Below are positions 1 to 11,800 of a stretch of DNA of 64,000 nucleotides, piece by piece. The DNA is from Phallusia mammillata. Taxonomy: Eukaryota. The stretch is from assembly GCA_965637545.1 (NCBI GenBank), contig OZ281500.1, forward strand, positions 2,914,001 through 2,978,000, given 5' to 3'. How positions within the stretch are numbered: the first letter of the stretch is position 1; the number at the start of each line of letters is the position of its first letter. Both the position numbers and the translations under genes were made by a program. The notes below the pieces were generated by a model. It had not been told where the DNA came from. It saw only the letters and a program-made list of their open reading frames with translations, and made no database searches.

Positions 1-125
1 TTGAACACTGCTTTAGACTAAAGGAAAACGGGTACCAACAAGCGAGACAGTTACTGTACGACCACTTTGGCAAGTCACATATAATCGCTCATGCATGTGT
101 AAGATGTGTTGTCAACGGTCCAGAG

Positions 126-923
126 TTGCGACCGAACGATGCCGCTGGTTTAAGCGAGTTCGCGCAGTCGCTGCGCGATTGTTTACTTACACTTTCAGAC
201 ATTGACGAGCATTCCGAGATGAATAATTACCCTACGTTGATTGCTGTTGTGAATCGTCTACCGTTCAAGATGCAAGAGGCTTGGAAACGGCGTGTTGAGA
301 AAATACTCAGAGATACTGGCCGTGAACCTTTGTTTGAGCATCTTGTGGACTTCGTGGAGACTGAGGATCGGATTGCAAATTCGTTGTTCAGCCGCATGCT
401 CGATGAGCATCGCAACGAAGCTAGGAAGGTGAAAGGTAAAAGTAGTCACGTAAAGGCTTCCAGTCATGTCGTTGTAAGCGAACAAGAATCTAGGCCTAAG
501 GTTCGTGCTGGACCTTCCCATTTTCCCACTGCCCCGCTGTGTCAGTGCTGTTCGGGAAACCACGTGCTTTCTAAATGCGAGGAATTTAAATCCCGGTGTT
601 ACCGTGATCGTCTGCGCGTCACCCGGCGCCGCAGACTCTGTGATAATTGTTTCAGATTTGGGCACTTTGCCACTAAGTGCAACAGCCCCAAGGCGTGTAC
701 CGTGAGGGACTGCAATGAAGCTCATCACACCTTGTTGCATCCGCCAGAGAAGAGTGAGGACGAGTCTCCTGTCAAAGGACCTGCGCCGGAACGGACAGTT
801 TGTTCGGTTGTGTCGGCGATTGGAAAGGACTGTCATGCTTCCTCTGGTAGACAGAGCGTCAACTTGATGGTTGCGGTCAAAGTCCGTGCTAACGGTAGGG
901 CTGTTGATATGACGCTCTTTTAG
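126..923 (+). CDS. BEL #1 Gag C-terminal part (zinc knuckles)
   Basis: CQCCSGNHVLSKC, CDNCFRFGHFATKC and CTVRDCNEAHHTLLH motifs typical of BEL/Pao gag. Confidence 0.85.
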   Translation: MRPNDAAGLSEFAQSLRDCLLTLSDIDEHSEMNNYPTLIAVVNRLPFKMQEAWKRRVEKILRDTGREPLFEHLVDFVETEDRIANSLFSRMLDEHRNEARKVKGKSSHVKASSHVVVSEQESRPKVRAGPSHFPTAPLCQCCSGNHVLSKCEEFKSRCYRDRLRVTRRRRLCDNCFRFGHFATKCNSPKACTVRDCNEAHHTLLHPPEKSEDESPVKGPAPERTVCSVVSAIGKDCHASSGRQSVNLMVAVKVRANGRAVDMTLF

Positions 924-997
924 ATACTGGCTCGGGCATTACTCTGTGCGACAAGAAACTGACAGACAAGCTTGGTCTGCGAGGTGAACCGAGCAAC

Positions 998-3900
998 GTG
1001 ACGCTTAAAACGGTCAACGGAGACAGTCGCAGGCGCGAGGGCAAAAGAGTAAATTTATCTGTTGCTTCGCTCGATGGCTCCACAACTGTGGAACTTCCCG
1101 AGGTGTTCGCTGTTGATTGTCTGCCTATTACTGCCAACAAGTTTCCGAGAAACGCGGAATTGGAAGCGCTTCCACATATTAGAGACATGTCGTTCCCACA
1201 GGTAGATTGCAGTGAAGCTTTGTTGCTCATCGGACTGGACGTTCCAGAGGCCTTTCTCGTGCAAGAGGTACGGAAGGGAAAACCGAAGCAACCTATTGCA
1301 TTCAGGGTTCCACTTGGATGGGCACTGGCAGAACCTGTCTCTAAGAAGTCAACCGATTTGTTTTCCGTCAACTTTACTCAAGTTGCCAATGATTCGCTGC
1401 GCGAGAAGTTAGAGCGAATGTGGAAGACCGACTTTCAAGACACCAACGCCGACGCGATGCCTATGTCGCGTGAAGACCGGTACGTCTTGGATAAAATGAA
1501 AACCAGTGTGCAATTCAAGCAAGGTCATTATGAGTTGCCGTTGCCATGGCGCCCGAACGCACAACCGCTTCGGTGCAACCGGGACATGGCGCTAAACCGT
1601 TTGGGTTCTTTAGAACGTCGCCTGAGACGCGATGCCGTGCTACGCGATGCGTACACAAAGACGGTACATGGCTACGTGGCTAAAGGCTATGCCGAAGAAG
1701 TTCCAGATGAGGAACAGTCTGCAGAGGTAGTATGGTACCTGCCGCATCACCCTGTTACAAATCCACACAAGCCCGGTAAAGTGCGGGTAGTTTTTGACTG
1801 TGCTGCCAAATACCGTGACCAGTCGTTGAATGATGCTTTACTCCAGGGTCCGGATCTAACCAATTCCTTAGTAGGAGTTCTTTCAAGGTATCGGATGGAA
1901 AAGGTAGCTCTTGTGGCCGACGTGGAGGCCATGTTTCATCAGATACTTGTGAAGCCGACAGATTGCGATGCACTTCGGTTCTTGTGGTGGCCTGATGGCG
2001 ATGTGTCGAAGAAGCCCACCACACACAGGATGCTTGTTCATTTGTTTGGAGCGACTTCTTCCCCTTCCTGTGCGAGTTTTTGTCTTAAACAAGCCGCTGA
2101 TGATTTACGAAGCGACTTTCCAAATGAAGTCGTCGAGACGGTAGAAAAGAATTTCTACATTGACGACAGTTTAAAATCCGTGTCGACTGAAGCAGAAGCA
2201 GTTCAGTTGGTCAAAGGTATTTGTGCACTTCTCAAGAAGAAGGGATTTCGGCTAACCAAGTGGCTTAGCAACAGCGAGCGAGTTCTCGCGTCCATTGATG
2301 AAGAGGAACGGGCTAAATCGGTGAAGGAGCTGGACGTGGATGGTTCTTCGTGCGAAAGGGTACTTGGCGTTCGATGGAACGTTTCGTCGGACGAGTTCGG
2401 TTTCAATGTCGAAGTAAAGCAGCCTACAGCCTACACCAGAAGGTCAATCCTGTCGGTGGTAAGTTCCTTATACGATCCTCTTGGCTTTGCAGCGCCTGTG
2501 ATCGTGGTGGCCAAGACGATGCAAAGAGATCTCTGCAGAAAGCAGCTGGGATGGGATGACGTTCTTTCTGATGAAGACTCCGAATCGTGGGCAAAATGGT
2601 TGCAGCAACTACCGCGGTTAGGAGACGTTGTTCTGCCAAGATGTGTGAAGCCCCACGATTTTGGTAAGGTGCGAAAAACGGAATTGCATCATTTTGCAGA
2701 TGCGTCATCTACAGCTTACGGTGCAGTGACCTATCTGAGGCTGGTAGACGAGAGATGACGCATTCACTGCTCGTTTGTAATAGGCAAGGCACGCGTTGCC
2801 CCCTTGAAGACATGTTCGATTCCCCGCCTGGAGCTGACGGCGGCCGTTGTTGCAGCCAAGTTGGATCGACTTGTGAGAAAGGAACTGCAACTGGACGAAT
2901 GCCAATCCGTGTTCTGGACGGATTCGACTGCGGTTCTCCAAAGTATTCGCAACTGCAATAAGCGCTTTCCAGTGTTTGTTGCAAATCGCTTGGCCAAAAT
3001 TGAGGACGTTTCTCGGCCTAGTCAATGGAGACACGTCAGCACCAAGGTAAATCCAGCCGATGAAGCGTCTCGTGGACTCAGTGTGAATAAATTCCTTAGG
3101 TCCAGCCGATGGCTTACTGGACCCCAGTTTCTTTGGGAGCAAGAAGATACATGGCCCACCTGTCCGGACTTGTCGTCATTGCCAATCGAATTTCTTTTGG
3201 TTAAGAAAGAAACTCAAACTGTTTGTCTGGTCGCCAGCGAATCCGCTACGGATCGACTCATTGCCAGATACTCATCACTCAATCGGCTGAAAAGGGCTGT
3301 AAGCTGGTTGCTCAGATTCAAATCGATGTTGATGTCAATGAGGTTTCCTGCCAAGTATCAAGCACCTACTGGGCAACTGGCCGTTGTTGAACTCAGGGCT
3401 GCCGAACTTGAAGTTGTAAAGTATGTACAGAGACGAAGTTTCTCAGAAGTTTACGCTGCGATGTCGAAGGCCAAAGGCGAAGCCTTTCGTTTACCAAAGA
3501 AAAATAGAGCTCTCGGAAAAAAGCTCAATCCAATTCTAGTCGATGGAGTTATGAGAGTTGGTGGAAGGCTCGAGCGTGCATGTGTCGAGTTTGATGTGAA
3601 GCATCCGATGATTCTTCCATACGACCATCGGTTTACCGACCTGGTGATTATGCAGCAGCATGACGAGGTTGGCCATGCTGGAATGGGACACACGTGGTCG
3701 TCTCTTAGACAACGCTACTGGATCATCAAAGGAGGGGTAGCAGTTCGGCGCGTTCTTGGAAAGTGTGTTTCCTGTCGCCGAAGAAATGGCTCCCTGGGCA
3801 AACAGATGATGGCAGACCTTCCTGCTTCGAGACTGCAGGCCAATAAGCCGCCGTTCTCAGTGGTCGGTATCGACTACTTTCGACCTTTCCTTGTGAAGCA

Positions 3901-4760
3901 AGGACGAAGTGAGGTAAAGAGGTACGGGTGCATCTTTACCTGTTTTTCCACCAGAGCCGCGCATATCGAAATAGCGCATTCACTGTCGACGGACTCCTTC
4001 ATCGGAGCTCTCCGACGTTTCTTCGGTCGTCGAGGACGGCCAGACCAGATCTTTAGCGACAACGGCACAAACTTCGTTGGAGCTGAGCGCATCCTGCGCG
4101 AAGAGCTGAACAGGTGGAATCAGAGGCAGATCTACAAATATCTGCAACAACGTGATATTGCGTGGAGCTTCAATCCTCCCACTCCCAGCCACATGGGTGG
4201 GGTTTGGGAGCGAATGATACGCTCTGTGCGCAAAATCCTCAACGCTCTGCTCTCGGAGCAGACCTTGTCCGATGAGAAACTGATGACGCTGATGGTGGAG
4301 GTCGAGGCCATCCTGAACTCTCGTCCCTTGGTTCCGGTGACGTTCGATTCGAAGGATGAGGAGCCCCTTACACCAAATCACCTACTGCTGCAACGTGCAG
4401 CGCCGAATATGCCCCCTGGACTGTTTACGGGAAAGGACTGTTTCCATCGTAACCGTTGGCGCCAAGTACAATACTTGGCCGACCAATTTGGGCGGCGATG
4501 GTCGCGCGAGTACCTGCCGACGCTAATGCCCAGATCAAAGTGGGCAAATGGACATTCTAATTTCGCAGTCGGTGACGTTGTGCTTGTAGCGGATGATATA
4601 ATCAACCCAGGAGCAAATGGCTTCTGGGTCGCGTGACCGATGTGCTTCCTGATCGAAAGGGAGTAGTGCGCCAGGTGGTGGTCAAGACTCACACTGGTGC
4701 CTTGAGACGCCCAATTGCAAAATTGTGCTTGCTATGCCGCGACGACGCGATGCGTGATTA
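998..4760 (+). pseudogene. BEL #1 pol (PR-RT-RNase H-IN) with a nonsense codon and frameshifts
   Basis: ORFs 998-2758 and 2804-4636 are in the same frame and separated by TGA (DER*RIHCSF). The IN tail continues after a frameshift near 4610 to ...LRRPIAKLCLL...TAG at ~4760. Confidence 0.88.
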
Positions 4761-4851
4761 GTTGTGTGTTTCTTTGTGTTCGCAATTACTGCTGATGTTT
4801 GTGTGTTGTGTTGTAAATGTCCTCCTTGGATTCGTACATTGTGGGGGGGTA

Positions 4852-5702
4852 TGTTACACCTTATTTTCCAGTAATTGCCGATTTCTATAGATTCCCGCAT
4901 TTCCTTAGTACAACTTGTGTTGTAACCTAGTGCGTTGTGTGACGTAACAATGGACTGCCAGTTTTGTGTAATAACGCAACGTGGTTTAGTTCTTTTCGTT
5001 GCTGACTTCCGTGGAGCACGGTGCTGCGTCGGTTGTTGTAGAAAAGCTGTTTATTGTCATGTTGACGATTATTGGTGAGTCACTTTGTATATATGTGTTT
5101 AATGACTCAATATTGTGAATTACCATAATGAATGCTAACCGCTGTGAACTTGACCTAAACTGCAATGACCTAAATGTAATTCCCCTTTTTTAATAGTCGT
5201 ACTGTACGTGTAGTTGGGTTCATTCAAGTTGCTAAAGTTGTAATTGTTTACGCAGCGTTCTTGTACGATACTCACGTGAAGCGTGACTTTCTACACTGTT
5301 GCTCTACATAGCTTGGTAAGCATTGTGTATGACGTCATAATGGCATATTGTGGTCTCATGTTTTTATTGTGTATTTAGGTGTGTGACAGGGATTTCTGGG
5401 ATCGCCCATGTTATTTGTTTTCTTCCGGTTCCCATAACAGTTGGTGAGCTTAAAGTTACATTCCTACATTTAAAGCACAGTGCTAATGCCATGTCTTTGT
5501 AGAAACCGTTTCCCATTCGTTTTTCATCGTTTCTTTCGCCTCCCACCGTCCTGTTCATTCTTCATTGAAAGTGTTTGAATATAAGATCTACAAAACACCC
5601 TATCTGTGTGGAGTGCTTGCTGGAGACCTTTAGGAATCGCGTTTCAATCCCCCTCGCGTGACGTTCCGCGCTGTAACCGGGGCGCGTTCACGGGACGTTA
5701 CA
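4852..5702 (+). repeat. 3' LTR of BEL #1 (~850 bp)
   Basis: Starts TGTTACA right after the PPT and ends ...GTTACA. The right boundary is inferred; there is no second LTR in the window. Confidence 0.6.
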
Positions 5703-5898
5703 ACGTTTATTTTGTTTTTTGATTTTTTTTAACTTGAAACCACTACACTCAGTTAGACTCCAGCGATCCATTTTGAAAATCACTTTCTTTACAAATATAT
5801 ACGCTGTTTATTTTAGGGCGTCGCCCCAACACTTTATATCACTGGTGAAACCTTCCACTTGATAAGCTGACAGTTTGTATACACACATGTTTGTCCAG

Positions 5899-8800
5899 GT
5901 CATTGAACACCGAGCAGACGTGGCGAGACTTCAACTTATGCTAGAGGTCGGAGGGATTTACTTGGACACCGACAGTGCGATTTTACGAAATGTTGACGAA
6001 CTCCGCAACTATTCAATGCTCTTAAGTGAATCCAACTATAACTCGCTCGGTTAGAGCCATTCAATTTTTAACCGTGTTTTTAAGTTGTTTATAGTGAATC
6101 GTAACTTGCAGAAACGCTTTTTAACTTGTTGTTAGCCTTATTTTATAATACATACAGTTGGGTGAAAAATAAAAGTCACGCAAATCTAAAAAGACAAAAA
6201 AGTGACCAAAAACTTGGTTGTCCAGTCGGTAAATTATCCACCTGGATAAAACGCCTGTTTATTTGAGCCAAAGCGAACATAGCGTAAAGTTACTTCACTT
6301 TTCTTTGAAGTAATCAACATTTTCACTGGCACAAATCGCTCTTTGATAAACTAATGTCGTTAAAGCAATCTTTTTCAACCTTTTTTTCAAAACGAGGCAT
6401 CTTTTTTCTACTGGTAAAATTTTGCCGCACTTCACTAACTAAAACTATTAACTGATGACAATTATGTGCGCACAATTTTTAACTGGAAAAAGCCAGAAAT
6501 CAAGCAATAATTAGACTGCAATTGTTACCTCGCCAGCCGTACCTTAACTTGGCCTAAAGCCTCATCGCTTTGAAAAGTAACATGATTTTTTTATTTCTAA
6601 AGGCACACAAGTCAAAAATCACTTGGTTAAAGAATATGTGATTTGATTATATATCCTAATTATTACTGAGGGCAATAAGAATCCTCTGTATCTTTTAGTC
6701 AAAATTCAAAAGCGTATATCTGTGTTTTTTCATTTACAGCAAATGGAATTATTTTCGCCAACAGAAAAGCCTGGTTTCTGCGACGATGGTATCACGAATA
6801 CAGATACTTCAAAGATGCTGCGTAAGTTTTTATTTACCGTTGGATTGTGTGTAAATACAACTGAACATTTCAGTGTTGTAAACAGGCTCTAAACATACGC
6901 CCCAAACACGAAAATACAACCAAAAACCCATACTTTTCAATGATGAATGTTGAATTGAATTCACAAAAATAAACTAATTTGTGACATATGTGTTGTGGTC
7001 AAGATGCAGTGAAGTGTGTCAATATCGATTTCTATTAGTTGTGGCGTGGTGATTGTCGTGTCTCGTGTCGTTTACCGTACGTTTTACACGAGGCACCTTA
7101 CAGTTATTGCGTAATTCCTTTTCGTGTCAGTTTTTGCAGTGCATAGGACTGTTAATTAGCATTGTATAAGGTTTATTATTGTAAAGGTAGTTGTGTGTAA
7201 GGTAACTACAGTGGATTAGAGTGTACTAGTTGATGTATGGATAATTTAAATGTGTGTGATAATCTGACCATGCTAGTCGTATATACCTTTTATCTTTTTC
7301 TCGTGTTAGTAGCTTAACTAAATTCTCTATTTTGTATTTCTATTTGAATAAGACACTAAGCAATGTAAATCTGTGTGGGAGCTGCTAACGCAGAAATCTG
7401 TTCTGTTGTGACTGTCTCGATTGATTCTGATCTGTCTTGTTTGTCCTGACTATCTGCTGTATCTTAGACTGTACTAAACTGTACTGTTATGAACTGTCCA
7501 GTTTTGTTGTACTGTGGTACTCGGTATTGGAATACAGCCTTCGTTTTATTGCTGCAACATATCAGTGTGACAGACAGCATTTGGCGGTGCAAGTAACCCA
7601 CACAGTGGCCAGTTAGAAAGCTAGCTGGGACGTGGAATCCGAACCAAAGGGTTTTGTATTCTACATAATTTCTGCGTCACAGTTTGTATTGCGCACAAAC
7701 TGTCACATTGCATCAAGTACCTGTTATACTGCACAACATGGATGAAAGAAATTCAGATGAGATGAACTCCAAGAGCAGCCATTCATCTGTTACAAGATCA
7801 AGACTTCTTAAGTTACAAATTGAAGAGCAGAAAAGAAGAAATGAGCAGCAGATTGAACAGGAACAAATTGAACTGGAACTCCAGGAAAAGAAGATGCAAA
7901 GGCAGATGGAACTGGAACTTCAGGAAAAGAAAATGCAACTGGAACAAAGGATAGAAGAAAATCGTGCACATTTGCGCAGGCAAAGGCTTAAGATGACAAA
8001 TGAACTGCAGGCTATGGTCTCAGAAAATAAAAGAGCTGAGATTTTATCCCAAGCAGGCTCTAGACCGGTATCGAGAGCAGACTCTTTAACTGATGAAAGT
8101 CCTTTGGTTAAAAATCGGGTAGGTCCTTACCAAATCAAAGATTTCTGCAAAACTCCAGTGGTACAATTAAATGCAGATGCAGATGTTTTGCCCGGACCTG
8201 TTAATATCTCACAGGAAGTAATGCCACAAGTAGTGCAAGAAGAAAACTTACCACAACCGACATGTCAATTTATGCCACAACATAATGCAAACGGACATGT
8301 TTATGGCCCTAACTTTTACCCTGTTTCACCACTTTATCCAAGTTACACTGAACCCAGTGTTTCTTACCCCACTCCCAACTACAATAATCCTCCTGTTACC
8401 AAGTACCCGCCTGTGCCCATTCCTACCTACCCCATACCCACTGTACCTAGTGCTCAAACCAATCCTCATCAAGAATCGAAGACAGATTCCCATTTTCTGA
8501 AAGCCATGAAAACAATTACAAAATCTATTAACAATGGGTTTTCAATGCCCAAAATCAGCATGCCAAAATTTAATGGCGATCCATTGAAGTACACTGAGTT
8601 TATGCAGAAGTTTGATGCAAACATAGCTAGCCAACATGAGCAAGATGAATTCAAGCTACTGTACCTTAGTGAAATGTGTGAGGAAAAGGCAAAAGATCTT
8701 ATATCAACTTGTGGTTTAATGAAGAACCCCAGTGAAGGATATACAGATGCAAGAAACAAGCTTTATCAACATTTTGGTCAACGGCATATTGTAATCAGTG

Positions 8801-11800
8801 CTCACATCAACAACCTAATAAATGGTCCAGTGATCAAACCAAATGACATTGAAGGCCTTGGTGTACTATCCAGGCCAATCCAAAACACACTTAATATATG
8901 CCAAGAATTAAATTCGTTGTCAGATGCAAATAACCAAGTATACCTTGGAAAGGTGTTTAACAGGCTTCCATACCATATGCGTGTTAAATATGCAAACAAA
9001 TGTACCAATTTGTATAGAGAAGGAAAATCGCCAGACTTTCGGCACATGACAGAATTTGTAGTTAACAAAGACGTTGGCTGCAATACATTTTATGGAAAGT
9101 TGCTGGCTGAAACAAAGGCGCCAGCTACAAGACCAAATCGAACAACAAAAATTGGAGCATTTTCAACTGTGGCTTCTGTTGAAACAAGTTCCAACATCAA
9201 GGAGAAAACTGGCACTTCAGTTGTTTCCCAAGTTACAAGAAGACAGCCAGAACTATGTCCTGACTGTAATAGCAATCACCCACTATGGAAATGTTTACAG
9301 TTTAAAGCAAGAACTGTGCAAAAGAGAGCAGAACTTGTTAAAAGGCAGAACCTTTGCTTCAATTGTTTGGGTTCGAATCATTTTATTGCTGAGTGCAAAA
9401 GTGAAAGAAGATGTCAAGTTGAAAACTGTCATGGGAAGCACCACACATTGTTGCACCAACAGAAAAGCTATCATCAAAGAGATGAAATACCGGGGTCCAG
9501 CAGGTTAAGTGGGGCCGGAGCCAACCAAGTAGAAAGAAGAACGAATACATTGCAACAGAACCCCAGTGGGGCCGGAGCTGACATCACTTCCGGTGGCATA
9601 TCATGCAATCTACCAGCCAAAGCAAAGGTTAGACTTAAAGTGGTCCCTGTATGTGTGTGGACAAATGATAAGAGTAAGTTCATTAATACTCATGCATTCC
9701 TTGATGAAGGATCAAATCATTCTCTTTGCACTCTAAGTCTTATGCAAAAATTAAGGACCAATGGAACTGGGAAAAGGTTCTCAGTGTCTACTGTCAACGC
9801 ACAGCGCCAATATTATGGTGTTCATGTAAAGCTTCATGTTCAGGGGATTGGTGAATATACCCCATACTTTCTTCATGATGTGTTGGCAATTCCTAAATTG
9901 CCAGATGTTAAAGGAAGCATCCCAGTTCAAAGTGAAGTTAGTCATCATCGTCACCTTAATTCAATTCATTTCCCCCAGTTGTCACATAATGATGTTGACT
10001 TGCTCATTGGGGCTGACATGATGGAACTGCACATCCAAAGGGAGACTGCAGCTGGAGAACCAGGGTCACCTCTTGCAATTCGGACTGGTCTTGGATGGGC
10101 TTTATTTGGGCATGACTGCAAATCATCAAGCGATGATCAAGTAAAAATAAACTCACTGTACTGACACCATACAAAATCAATTTCAAAGAATGTATGATAG
10201 TGACTTTCAAGACCTCAATTCGCATGACAAGTTACACCATTCTATTGATGACAGAAGAGCATTAAAAATAATGCAGGATTCTATTAAAATGGTAAATGGA
10301 CATTACGAAGTTGCTTTACCTTGGAAGTCAGAAGAAGCTAAACTGCCATACAACCGTTTAATGGCAGAAAGGAGGCTTACTTACCTCAATAAAAGATTTA
10401 TTAAGGATGAAGAACTTTTTGGCAAATACTGTTGTAAAATAAAGGAGCTTTTGGACTGTGGATTTGCAAAAAGAGCACCTCATGTTAAAACCCAAGGAAG
10501 AACATGGTATATTCCACACCATTCTACTGGTCAGAAGTTTAAGGTAGTATTCGATTGTGCTGCAAAGTTCCAAGATGTTTCACTCAATGATCAGCTTCTT
10601 CAAGGGCCTGATCACACTAACAAACTGGTTGGTGTACTTCTTCGCTTTCGTCAAGAAAGAATAGCTATTGTTGCAGACATTAAAGGGATGTTTCACCAGG
10701 TCAGGGTCAACCCAAAGGATCACGATGCACTATGCTTTCTTTGGTGGCCAAATAATGATATGACACAACCACCCGTTGACTTTCAAATGGTAGTACACTT
10801 ATTTGGTGCTACCTCTTCACCTAGTTGTGCTGGATTCGCCTTGCTACAAGTAGCCAAAGATAATCTACTTCAAGCTGATGAGACCACTCTGCAAACTGTC
10901 AAACACAATTTCTATGTGGATGACTGTTTGAAGTCAGTAGCTACCCCTGATGAAGCTATAAAGCTTGTAAAAAATCTTGCTGACCTACTTCACTGTGGTG
11001 GATTTCATTTAACAAAATACCTCAGCAATGATCGAGATGTTATAGCCTCAGTACCTGAAGTCGACAGAGCCAGGGCCACTTTAAATCTTGATTTGGATGA
11101 AATGCCAGTTGAACGTGCTCTTGGCGTCCAGTGGAATACTTCTAGTGATCAATTTGAAGTTCAAGTGAACATCAAACCTAAGTCAGCCACCCGACGGGGT
11201 ATACTGTCTATGTTGAGTCAAATATATGACCCATTGGGCTTTGTGCAGCCATTTATGCTTCCGATCAAGAGGCTCATGCAAGACTTGTGGGATCATGACT
11301 TAGGATGGGATGAGCAGATTAAAGATCGTCATTTGAAGGTTTGGAATCAGTGGCTGCAACTTTTACCCAATCTGGAGACTGTGTCAATTCCAAGATGTTT
11401 AAAGCCTATGCATGCAGAAGTAAAAGTATATCAAGTGCATTGTTTTTGTGATGCCAGTAATGTAGGATATGGAGCCGTGTGTTATCTCCGTTCAAAGGAT
11501 CCATTGGGCAAATGTTGCTCATTTCTGATGGGTAAAGCAAGAGTTACCCCCAAAAAGCCAGTAACAGTTCCAAGGTTGGAATTAACTGCTGCCGTTATTG
11601 GTGTGAAGTTGACCCAATAATAATAAGAAGAATTGGAATACAAAATTGATGATACCGTCTACTGGACAGATTCTACATCAGTGTTGCAGTACATTAGAAA
11701 CAAAAGTGCTCGTTTCCAGACATTTGTTGCCAATCGATTGTGTATGATACAAGAAGCCTCACAATGCCGTCAGTGGAGACATGTGCCAACTGAGAAAAAT

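Larger units (their letters stand above)
1..5702 (+). mobile_element. BEL/Pao LTR retrotransposon #1 (5' part outside window, disrupted pol), in intron 3 of GT32 paralogue 1
   Basis: Gag Cys/His knuckles in ORF 126-923. Protease DTGS is reached by a frameshift near 912. RT (ADVEAMFHQ, FYIDD) in 998-2758; in-frame TGA at 2756-2758; RNase H/integrase in 2804-4636 with a terminal frameshift. PPT gtggggggg at ~4841-4849, then the 3' LTR. The LTR end at ~5702 is inferred from where intron homology to paralogue 2 resumes. Confidence 0.92.

Noticed and set aside
5572-5586. SL-like TTTGAATATAAG in the BEL #1 LTR, and ATTCTATTT in the Mag LTRs
   Set aside because: Partial 8-9 nt matches, expected by chance in AT-rich DNA.
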